Origin: Iphione sp. A-MEVVRFRX5 | Lineage: Eukaryota | Direction: 5' to 3' | NCBI GenBank assembly: GCA_976226885.1 | Contig: OZ320323.1 | Span: 31,868,001-31,932,000, forward strand | DNA: 64,000 nt | Part shown: one piece after another, positions 40,217 to 52,886 of the stretch | How the letters are laid out: each line of letters begins with the position of its first letter | Position numbering within the stretch: position 1 is the first letter of the stretch | Notes under the pieces: model-generated | Database searches by the model: none | What the model saw: the letters and a program-made list of their open reading frames with translations, nothing else | What the model was told of the DNA's origin: nothing | Translations under genes and position numbers: made by a program

Positions 40217-43200
40217 TAGGCGGAGGGGGGCGGTAATCTGATGAGAACACATCACTGTTTTTCATGCTTCGGCACGATGAATATCCCTACCCCGAGCCGT
40301 ATGTGCCAGCCCCCTCCATTGTCCCCTCACTAAATTGGGGCCTCGAGCATTAATGCCAATGATTCGTTTCCCAAGTCTATGTCCCATTCTTTGGTGATTG
40401 CTCTCTGCGTTCGGTTGCAGGAGTATTTTAATGAAGGGAACAACCTGACTGCATGCTGCTTCAGTTTTTTCCCCATGAGGGTTGGCTGATGCTGTGGATT
40501 GCGATAGCGTTGATAAACGAAAAGAAATGACTCATTAGGCCCGTATCTTATTTTCACACTTTAAAACGATTTGCCGATGACTTTAAGTAGGCCGTTGGTG
40601 AAAAGGACCCAAGAAGGGGTACATGCACCACTACAGATTTCTCATACGCATAAAACCTAATTTCTCACATTATTTGTATTTTTTTCACTACAATATTCAT
40701 ATGATTATGATAACTTTTTCTAAGGTGGGATCTCTTCTGCCTTCCCCCTGTAAAGGGTCAGCGCCGCCAAGATGCATGAAACCCTTTTGTTTCCAATTAG
40801 GAGAAGTATTTTGTATCGTAACTCTAAGCTGCTCGTTAGAAAATCAAAGTGGCAGCAGAAGTTTCTGTTAAAAATATTTCAAAGAAGCAAAGTCGATCTT
40901 ACTATCGACGGATCACGTGCTAATTGGTACTGCTACTTCCGGAGTAGGTGACATCAGGATCCAAGTGAGTTGTAAGTTTAAGGAAATTTGAGTACGTTGT
41001 TACAGATTCTTCAGAACAAATCTGTGCGGTTGGGCAACATAATGAGAAATACAGGTGATATCTGCGTCACGGCTTAGCCTTCAGAATTCCTTAATTAAGC
41101 TGCCCTAGATATTACGTTAGCGGCTTCCAATCACTTCCACAGCCGGTTGTTTCATCGTGTATCAATTGTTTTTGAGGATCAGATCCGAGAATACCTCGGA
41201 GGTTCCCTTCTTATCGAGTCAAATCTTGTCTCAGAGGTCCTGATATGTGCAAGGATTAGGCTCCTGTATACCGACAACCTGTGATGTTTAGGCCACTTTG
41301 ACACGATTCATAATTGCTAACAATGTCCTATGAAATAACAGATATGAAATAATGATAAAAAAGAGCACATCATTCAAATGGCAAGACCCGATAGTTTTTT
41401 AAAGACAGAATGAACTTGATCTTAAATTATGTGAATTATTCATTATTTCCGCAGGTAATTCTAGCTTACTGCTCCTTTGTGAATCCCCTGACAACGGAAC
41501 GTACTGTTGGCCTTTTCTGGGCATTCCCCACACAAAATGAACCATGTGGGACCCTACTTAAACTGCCAGAACCGTTAATCTAAATTCATTCCTGGCGCCC
41601 CAGCTGGAAAAGGGAAATTTCGTACCATACACAACCCGCACCGTCGCCGACTCACACCACTGAATGCTTCACGATACTTGTTCTAAAGTGTGGAATGAAA
41701 TGCTTTCGTTTAGCAACAATAACCAATGTATTTCCTTCGATGTCCCTGCCGAATTATATAAAGAAGCTTCTTCGACAGCAAGTTGGCATAATTTGGAAAT
41801 TGCAAATGTTGCCAGGGTGAGTTAGTTTAGACGTAAATTGTTGGTATACTAGCAACTTCGTCCATGCGGTATTTAATGATGAGAGAAAAGGTTTAGGGAA
41901 AGAACAAGATTTAATAAATCTTTCTCCAACATTTCTTCTCTACGATTCTGGTGGATCATTCATGTTTTATAGTTTCCTACTACTCTTCTCTTAATAGTGT
42001 AGTATTCTGTACAAATTATGAATAATTTCACGTTCCACAAATTACACTATGCGTACTAGACGTGCATTCAATATGCAGCAGGTGCTAAAATACAAATATA
42101 ATCCGATGAAACGTTATACAGAATTGTCCCTTAACAAGGACCTAATATAGAGTAGTCACAGGGCAGGCAACTCAGCTAGAAGGGCAACTTAGTCTCAAGG
42201 GCAATTGGTTATGGTCCATGTTCTCTAAAATATATGAGAAAAACCGCTATTTATTAAGGGAATTCCTCGCTTGAGAGCAGAATTAGAGCTGGCCCCTTGA
42301 TTGTCAGAGAAGAACGTTTCTACTGTATACACTGATTTAGCCATCGGCATGGGATTGATTTATACCATCAAAGCTTCCTCGCCCTCCGTAATGGAATTAT
42401 ACCACGAAATGCATTTTCTCAGCAGTAGTGCTTCATGTGATTTCACAATCAGAAGCACAATTTAGAATTACATTTTCCGAGAGTAAATAATCAATCCATG
42501 ACGTCATTATAGTGACTCATATAGTTAGAACGTCTGGGAACCTGGGGAAGCCAAACATATCATTCTGTCTAATGTCGTTGCCATTGTTTCCGAGGAACAC
42601 TATTATTACATTCTGCGCTATGTAGAATGTTGAGTGAGTACACTGTGTCTGTGATTCCCACAGTATTGTATAGATATGGCACAACCTATCTGCTCTCATG
42701 AAAGATTATAAAGACCGTATTTCTGTACTTAATATTGTTTCAGACATGGACAGTGTCCTGACTTCAACTTCACTGTCAAGAGTAAGCCGGTTACACTTTA
42801 ATCAGTTCTGGGCAGGCTACAGTTCTGATCCAACGTTCCAATATCCACCGCGTTATATCGTCATATCTCTTTTGATGACAGAGTATTATGCTCTTTAAAT
42901 ATAAATAATCGGCAATACGTTTCCCTGGCATGACTGGTCCGTTGGCCACGTCTTGTAGGGCTTTCGTTTCCTTCTGTAACTCTTAACGAATGGTTTAGCT
43001 ATGGTTATTATTAATAATTGTCATCATCGTTGATAACTGATATGTTTGACCAACTGGATGCGGCCGCGGTCGTGGTCCAGCGACAGTCTGACAGAAAAGC
43101 TTCAATGGCTTGTTTGAAAGGGTTGATATACGTGGATGTCTGTCATATTTCGCCGGCGAAATCTCAATAATGATTAGAGCTGCGGCGCAGCCTCCATCCA

Positions 43201-45831
43201 TACCAATCGCCTGACCAACATCTCCTCGATAAGCAAAGTCTCTCCAGCTTGTGTTTTCTCTCCAGTCTTACCTCAGCAAGACAGACGGCAGTACCGGGTG
43301 CATTGGCCAAACTATATTCAGGTATCAGGCAGGTGCTGGGGCAACCGGGATGACTTTCAACACATTTTCCAGAGAAATAGATAGAGAGGTCTGTATCAAA
43401 ATATAGAAACGGTACATGGCTGAGGTAGGACATTTACATTTTCTACCCCTCAGTTCTTGGCTGGAGGAGTGAATTGTCAAGCCGTGAGGTTGTATCCGCT
43501 CACACTATTCCGTGTTGTATAGGATCTCTAACATGTCCCATCGAACTATGAAGAGTTGCTCCCTGCATCCAAGCATTTCTGGTCTGTAATAAAAACTGAC
43601 AGGTACCCTCCCACCTACACCGTACATGCATGCGCTAATACTGAGGGAAATGTAATTGAATTACCTATAGGCGAATGGACTGATGCTCTTGAGGGGATCT
43701 CAACTATCTGTGCGGCTATGTTTCCAGTGTGTTGGTACACACACCTCAGGATATATATGACATAAGGCGTTTATATGTATATTGACACGAAGGTAACCAC
43801 AACGATACAGAGTGCATCTGGCAACCGTCTTCTATAACTATGGCGTAGCTGTATGTTATGGAATTGTTCTATCATAACCACCACATCTCGCTGAAATTTT
43901 CTTTTTAATCAAGCATAATTATGTGCATCAAGATATATTTATATTTAAGGGGGAGGTTCTTTCCAGCGACCACGAAACATTCCATGCGACTCTTGATATT
44001 GAATCTGCAGGGAAGCTGTAGAATAAATATTAATATTTATCAGCCCCCAACAGTTCACTACTTGTAATAATTGGTGGTCATTGGGGTTAATTGCCTAAAT
44101 CTCAAATGTTTATGGTACATACTATATATTTTTGCTATCATTTATTGTTACTTCTAATGTATGTTATCAGATACCTCGGGAGAGGTAAGGCTAAGGGAGT
44201 AAACCCTAACAGAAAACCAGGAGTGGAGCCCCTAAGGCAGGCTGCATACAAACTCTGGATGCTCCCTGGCAGCTCCTGCATCTCCTCATCTTTGCCAGTC
44301 ATCTAGATTAGCTTGTGCCACTGTCATCAAATTTGAGGGGTCGAGAGAGTCAGGTTGATGCTGCGCAAGTCATGCTCACTCTAATCCAAGTCACACACAA
44401 CTCATCTCTCACCTGCCTTTACCATCCTACTCAAAAAGTCCTTGAAATCCAGCTCTACCGATCGTATGAAGTGTCGGAGCACCATTCACAAGGGAGCAGA
44501 GGATTTTGAGAAAAAAAGGATTTCCTCTGCGCAGTCAGCGAGAGCTGCTCAGAAATTTTCACCAAAGACAAAATGACACACTCTCCTCCATAAAATGTTC
44601 TCACAGGTCATTTCATGCATGAATTGGCCTCACAAGTCACATGAGAACTGACAAATGATGAGGAAAAGGAAACAGACAGTATGGTCATCGTCAATGATGA
44701 AGGATCAAGAACAGCGAGAGAGATATTATCATAACTATTATGTTTTCATAGTCCTTTTGCTGATAAAAAAAACATGTGCTTTTCTAAAAGGAAATGTTTT
44801 GTCATTGAATCAACAGACACAATTGTCGTAGTGAGATTGAGATTAGTTTATTGAGTATACCAGATCATCATTGTATGATGTTTTTCAATGGACACTCGCT
44901 AAGGTCAATGACACTTTTCTCAGATGTGACTTAAACAGCGACTTTTTCTGATTAACAACAGACGGTGGCCACTTGTTCCAAATTAAGATACCCTTGTAGT
45001 AGAAGCTCCTTTTACACAACTTAATCTTTGATCTCTCCGATTCCAAAGTGGATGCTCTCATGATACTTCCCTTTGCGGTCCTATGAATGGATAGTTATTC
45101 AGATCATGCATATGCAACATCAACATATACAGCTTTCTCTTAGCAAAATCCATTAATCTTTTTGTCGTCCACCACCTTCAGATGTGGTCTTTTGTTGCCT
45201 CCCTATCCAATAGCAAGATCTGATTATATCAATTAGTATCTCCGAACTAAATAAGGCGTTTTGTTTTTCCAAGTAAGATTTTGCTGCTGTGGTCTTTGTA
45301 GTTTGTGCCAATGTAATCAGTTCTCTACCTAGAGGCACAGGGGATTTTTTCACATGAAACATTACACGTACTCTACTGTTATGCGCTTTCCTTTTAAAAA
45401 AAATTCGTGTTGCAATTATCTATTCATAACCCTTTCGATATTTCAAACCCGGCACAAATAGGTATTGTGTTGCTTTAATTTATGTCTGTATTGCCCTTTA
45501 GTTGCCTTACTACTAAATACTAACCCGTTTCTTACATGTAATGTACTGCTATAATCAGGAAATTAGTCATGGGGAGTGACCTTTGGGTAACTTATTGGTG
45601 TTTTTCTTTTATGCATGTTTTGGACGGAAGTAACTGAATATGCTGACAGGAGCGCGCAGGAACGTAAAAAGAGGCGTGTAGGTGTGATAGGGGCTCCTTA
45701 CTCAAGACGACAATGAGATATATTAGAGATGACACAAGTTAACGAAGTTGCTTGTTCATAAGAAGCAGTCAATTTTGATGAAAGACGGTCTTCTGATGGT
45801 GGCTTGGGGATATGGTGTGATCTTGGCAGGA

Positions 45832-45884
<53 letters not shown>

Positions 45885-48800
45885 ACAGTGTGGCAGTCAT
45901 TTATGTTGTGATGTTTTCCTAGGTCAAGATTGGCGGAGTAAATATTTGATGTTTCAAAAGATATCTGACATCTGACATTTTCATGATGTATTTCTCATTT
46001 CAAAAACACGTGTTATACGTTTTTATCTTCTAATTCTTATATTTATGAAGGTTATATACGTACAAGAGTTTGTCATGCAGTAGGCATGTTTTGTTCCGCA
46101 TCCCGGAACATTTAGTCAACATTTATCAATCAAATAATTGTGTAAAGAATGCGCATTTACCAAAAGTACCGCCCATGTAGGAACTGGCGACCATCTGGTG
46201 TACTATTAGTGAGGTATTCAGTCAGACAAGTGCTGTGTTGTCAGTTGAAAAGTGTAGGGTTGAAGCTCTCAACTAAAGATAGCAAAGGAACTGACCGAAA
46301 ATTGGGCATAAAGAGGGATGTTCTTAAAAGTAGGAATATTTAATCATGATTATTTAGATCTGGTCCTGTTTCGAGCCTGTACATGATAGTTGTTCTTTTA
46401 CTCACAGAGAGCCTTTCTTATTACGTCTCTCCCCTCCTGGGTACTTTTCTTAGAACTAAAATGTTAGTCATTACTTCAACCCGTGCCTAAAGGGTAAAGT
46501 AACTTCGCTTAGAGAAATGAATCTAAACGATTTGGAAATGCTAGTTGACGGTCTCATTGTAGCTCTTTGTACCGACTGAGACGGGGATTATGATTGACAT
46601 GGCTCTCACAGGGAAAGCGGTCTATTGCCCGAATCGGCTCAAACTGTTCCTGCTCCGCCGGCATTGATGGTGTCTACACCTCACCGGGGATTTTCCTACG
46701 ATTGGACAGACCAAAGAAGAGGAAGGAGTTGTGTGTCAGAATGAGGCAGATAATGAGAAAGCTTGGAGGGAATTACGGAGTGATGAAAGAGGTCCTTACG
46801 GCTCTAGAGGGGCGATATAAATGGGTCTTAAGGTTGAAAGAGACCGCTAGGGAGTTTTATTTTTGAGAGATTCCATTACTAATGTACCCATCCAACCTTC
46901 ACCGGTCCTCAGTTTGTATAAATTCATCTTGGAATATATCGGGAAGCACCACAGGTCCTCCAGTGTAAAAGATTCTGCGTTCCGCAGTATTCTACAGACT
47001 GCAAAGGGAACCGTTATGTGGTAGGATTATTTCTATACCCTGGTATATTTCTATAGCCTTAGGTAATACTCCTAAGTGAAAATATGAGAATTAAACCGTG
47101 TTAATGGAACGATGTGTGAAGTCAACAGAGACAAATTCGATAAGACTAGCCTCTCATTGATGATGTATCTAAAACCAAAGTTTTTTTTGCCGATATTTGT
47201 CTTCTGAGTGTTACCTGCCGAGTTATTCGTAAAAGAGAGGAGTCTTTAAGGAGACGTAGAAGAGGTAATGAAGGACAACGTTTGAATATTCTGTGAGCGT
47301 TCTCTAAATGCTTATCTCAGATATTTAGAGATTGCTTTACTTAGTGACTTTTTGCAGGAATATTTCGAGGCAAGATTAGGTCCTAACTACAGGAGAACTA
47401 TTGATATTATAAACGTCCGAGGTTAGCCATTATAAATGAAGATCTAACATCAAGGATGACTGTTTGCATACCCTCACGTATAATATATCAAGCATACAGT
47501 GAGGCCCATATGGTGTGTGCAGCCTGGCAGAAGATACCGTCCTTTTCTACACAACTTTTGGCACTAGATACAAAAAAACGCGCTATGCACGCACATGAAA
47601 CAATTAACTGCAGGCAGAGGACATTGACAATATTTACTACACACCGCACTACACATACTACACCATGCACACATGCGAATGCCGGCGTCGCACTCATAGT
47701 ACCCCTCTCCGAATTGACAGCGTTGAATAATGTCAACCAACCCGGATAACGCCGAAACAAAACCCCAGCAAATCACCATTTATTGTGACGTAATATTCCA
47801 CGAAACCAATCACTCATAGCCGGCATGTTAATATTTACGGAAACAAGCTGGCAATCAATCGCATTTATGAAGATTTCCACAGCAAAAATCAAATTAAAGA
47901 TGTGTATCGTGATCCATGGTGGTGAAGCCAGAGGATCAGGAGTTTGTGTATGGCACACACGCAGGACTTCCCCCAGACTGTCTCTAATTGAAAAGTCTTC
48001 CTATTAAAAACTTCTTGACATATAACAAATACAACCTGTATCATCCCAAACGTGTCCCACTTACGGAAACGTGTATATGTAACGCTATCGGGGATTAGAA
48101 TTGGGTTCTCGCCATCAAAACTTCGATGGTACTACGATGGGGGGATTTGTGGGAGTTGGCATCCAAAAGATAGTCAAAGCAAACTATATGTGCACTAGGT
48201 ATGTGTGTATGGATTCATACATTCTATGTTCCGAATTAAGTTAAAGCGTTCGTTTTGTAGACAGTGGTTCCTCAATAACCAACACTTTTGGTTCCTTCGG
48301 ATTTAATCAGGTAAATGGGAGACATCAAGGAGACACTTTCAGTTGATTTTTTCACATTTGGTTCTACCTGAGGTTTTCGGTTAAGCAGTAATGTTGGTTA
48401 TAAAGTCCCCGAATAAGGAGGGATCACTGTATACGGTGGAAACGTGCTAATACAGACAACAAAGGGGGACTCACCATAAACTGTCCATAATGAGAGGTGT
48501 TCTGATTGGAGGGTTGTCCAGAACGAAGGCGTCCACTGTACTGTGCGAAGAAAAGGACGATCGTACACTTTTATTTTATCCCGTTATGACATGACAACAA
48601 ATTCCCTTTGACCATTTGATGCTGCCTTGATAAAATATAGTTGAAAAACAGAATTTAAAATCAAGGTTGGGAAAGGTAGATGAAATATGATAAGTAAGAT
48701 AAGTAAAACCTGAATGATAAATACAAACAGATATATAGGCTTTAGGGGTCATACACTTAAGAATGCACAACTACAACCGTCTGACCTGAAATAAGCAACT

Positions 48801-51800
48801 CTATTTCCTTTTAAAACCTCAAAGCCCCAATTGACAGTATCGTTATTCTTATATATAAAAAGAGGTTTGGGAGGTGAGCACACTACGTGTTAGTATTTGT
48901 TGAGGCATGTGTGTAATGGAATTTGCATTGTATAACTTGATTCGTGTTCATTATCATATTGATCAGTTGTTTGGAATTCCAAGTCCATATATAATTCAGG
49001 ATGGGCTTTTTTGTTTTCTCATCTCTTGACGGCTGGGTCACTGAATGGCTTTGTGTGAGATGGCCAGGTGTGAGAGACCACAGGTTGGCTTATCGCAAAC
49101 CGTAAGAAAGAAGGGAGAGTGGAAAAATATGACTGGTAGATGACGTGACGGAAGGATTTGAAACTAAGATTCAATTCAGAGAGTCAAGAACGGAAGAAAA
49201 CAATGTGAAAAAAATTATACATACGAGCCTACCTTTGCCAGATTTTCACGTCTGGCATCTACCTTGATAATAACTTGATGTGCTAGGTATTGACTGCTTT
49301 CTTCATCTACGAAGTCGGTATTCATTGTGGTCCTTTGAACAAAAAAGAATACTCTAGAAAAGCGTCTTAAGTGCAACCCATTGACGAGAATAACTCAGAA
49401 TTTGGGGCAGCTGTGGCTGGTCCCATCCATATGTTTTCTATAATAGAAATAACTCCGGTGGCGGGGTGATTCATATTGAAAGGTAAAGTTTCTTTGGTGG
49501 GCCTTATTTCTGCCACTGTACATATATGCTTAGAGGGACCACTGGTGTCATAATGCTGAGATGCTACTTTACACATGTATGCTATGAAGGACCACTGGTT
49601 ATGTAGAATTATTACAGATCACTTTTCTTTTGTAGGTCAGTGGCTGATCAGTTGATCCGGGGACGGGCCGTCGTCCCAGAGACGTTTGAGGCGACCACCA
49701 TCTACTTCTCTGATATCTGCGGCTTCACGGCATTGTCAGCCAGGAGTACGCCCATGCAGGTTAGTCTGTGGGTATGTGGGTACGTATGCATGTATGTGTG
49801 TATAAATGTATGTATGCATGCATGTATGTATGTATGTATGTATGTATGTATGTAGAATAACTATATTTGTCGAAGTAAGAGTGTGTTACCTGTTCTCATG
49901 ATCGGACTTCAAGAGAAGACACGTTTGTTATTTAAAGACTTCCAGGGGGAGTTTACATTTCCACAATAATATCGGTATATGTATGTACGTGAAATAAGAG
50001 CAAATCAGCTTGTATGTAGATCGAAAATCATGTATTGGGTAGTCAAGTTTAGATTGTGTATGTGCGTGTTGCATATATGTATATGTGTATAGCCACTGCA
50101 TATGACTTCTTTTGATTACTTTAGGACTGTGAGGTTTTCTGAAAACCAGGTGAATATCCTCCTAACGTCCTCGAACATGCAATCATCAAATCAGGGCCAG
50201 TCTGAAAGGCAGACTAACCAAGATCATTAGTTCATCTCCTCCCATTCAACTCTCGACCAACAAAGGAAAGTCTTGAGAGTTTGAAAGGTCAGGTTTGATG
50301 GAGCCAATAGATACCCCGGACTGTAGAGTCCATAGGTGTCGTTAGTTCCTAAGTATAGCTGTGGTCCTGTATGGATGGAGGTCAGGCAACCTTTACAAAG
50401 GGGACGATGTACTCAGAATTGGACCGAAGGCATATCTCATTGTGACAGATCCTTATCTGCTTGTAAAACAATCCCTAGCGAACTGCCTGGAAAATTAGTT
50501 TGAATTTACGAGTTATAATTTCTAAATAAACAATGTTTACCCACTTTTCTCACTTTGCTTTTAAGATAAACCATAGAACTGATGAGGTAGTGCATCATTT
50601 ACAAAGAAAATATGTAATAGACGTATTGCTGAGGAGCTAAGAAGTGTCTCAAACCACAATATATCTTAGAGTACGAGTGGTTCTGGTGAGGTGGCCAACA
50701 TAGTAAGCTGAAATGAAAAATTGGCGGTAGCAACTATGTAGCTTTCAATGTCACAATTCTCAATGCACTTTGGACAGCCTGGTAAAAACAATTAAACGAT
50801 TTCCTAGTCTCCTTGTTGATGTACGTCTCCAGGTCTCCGGGTTTGCATACTGGGACCTATTATTTATTGTCACAGTGATTCACATTGTACATGCCAGTGA
50901 TGAGTGTTTAAATATTACATCGCCATTGGCCTGCAAAGTATATTGTGGTTTATGCATAAGTATTACCAGTCAAAGTATGTAAGGGCGTCTTACATGACGT
51001 AATTGATCACCTGCAATCGCCACATCCCATTATAACATTAAAATTATGTTTCACTGGTAGGCCTATCTTTCTATGTATATGAAGCCAAACTACGTCAATA
51101 CAGAACGGCTGCGTAATATTTTGGTTGGTTACATGGATATCGTCGAAATTAACAGAGGTGCAGTGAATAACGTCATTAATAGGAGTTTTGTTGGTTATGG
51201 GGTGATCGGTCTAGGACATAAATATTATCATTCCAGTTATGCCAGGAACAATCGAAAGAATGTAACTGGTTTCTATGGGATAGAAAAGCTCAGGAAACAT
51301 GTCTCTTAATTACCTTATATAAGCGTGCTGCTCTGGACCTTGCGAAATGTAACGGAATAGCCTAGGCAGATTAGGTCCTTAGGCAGATTGGGAGTGAAGT
51401 TCTAGTAGCCATTTCTATCTAACAACTATCAACCCTAAATAGACACTCACCCGTTTATTTTGGGTCTAGATCATGGTAGAGTTTACTATCAAGTTTGACA
51501 AATTTAAAGTCTAAGGTCAGCCCATGCTAGAATATTGAAAGAAGGGTAACTTAATAGGTTGCCCATAATGTCATGTTATCCTTAATAAATTAATGATAAC
51601 ATCCGTACAACAGGCAGTGTGTCAGGCAGGTTCCTAAACTTGATACGTAATACGTAATATTTGTAAAAATTATTCAAATAAATGTACGTGATAAATTCAA
51701 CAAGAAGGTTTAATAAACGAGACAACCCATTAGAAGGGACTCTCGGGCGTCGTTTATATGGACAGAGCCTTCAAAGTTTACTAATAATATTCCACCCGAG

Positions 51801-52852
51801 AAAAGGGAAATGACTTCTATTGTGATAGCCACTTTTGCACGACTCTGTACGAGGTACACTGGAAAGGGCAATTTTTATCTATGTGTGTATTCCATTAGTG
51901 TAAAAGGATTCTCTACTATTATCAGGCAAGATACCTCTTTGGTGATAAGTAGTAATGCGTAGGCAATTGCTGGGAGGCGCTGGAGGATTAGATGTTGTGA
52001 TCTATACCCTATTTTAGTCGCTAAACGCGGATACAACGGGAATAGTTGGAGGTTGTCATGTATCTCCCCGCTACCCTATTCAGCAATTCGCCTTCGCACT
52101 TGGAAGTCTGATTATTTCGTTTTATTTTCCTGCTTCTAGACGAGGTTTCCCTGATGATGAATACTTCGACCTTCTTAATAGCATCCAGAGTCGGTTCCCT
52201 TTTCTTGCGCTGGGGGTGAGGAGAAAGAAGTCTGCAAAGTCTGGCGGTGATAGAAAGTGCCTTTAAGATTAAAGATAATCCCGACTCTTCTAATAACGAT
52301 AGAACGTCTTAGCCTTTTAATTTTGAAAACCATTTACATAAAAGCCCAATCTAGCCCGTCACTTTCAGCTCCCTTTTGGCCCCATGAGGGAGACGGAGGA
52401 GGCTACCAAAGAGCAGTAGCTGACAGCTAGGAAATGACTAGTTAAAAAGAGCAGCTCACTTCGTGTCAGTTGCTCACTATGATTTCCCCTCGCTGCCGCT
52501 CACTGGCGCTACTCTCTATTGGTAGGTGGTGGACCTGCTGAATGATCTCTACACACTCTTCGACTCCATCATCCGTAATTACGATGTCTACAAAGTGGAG
52601 ACGATTGGTGATGCCTACATGGTGGTGTCTGGGCTACCCATCCGGAATGGTGACAACCATGCTGGAGAGATCGCCTCCATGTCACTTCATCTCCTGAGAG
52701 CCATCAAGAGCTTCCAAATCCGCCATCTTCCACAGGAGGTGCTCAAGTTACGAATTGGACTTCATACCGGTAGGGATCTAATCTATGACCAGACCCCACT
52801 CGCACGCAAACGTATACAAGGACACATACACCTACAGGTACACGAACGCGGG

Positions 52853-52886
<34 letters not shown>

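Noticed and set aside
43147-43162. 16-bp perfect palindrome atttcgccggcgaaat
   Set aside because: Isolated, with no associated repeat or feature.
44188-44243. Segment recalling the 5' region of RTE-type elements seen in molluscs
   Set aside because: Resemblance from memory only, short and unverifiable without a Dfam/Repbase search.
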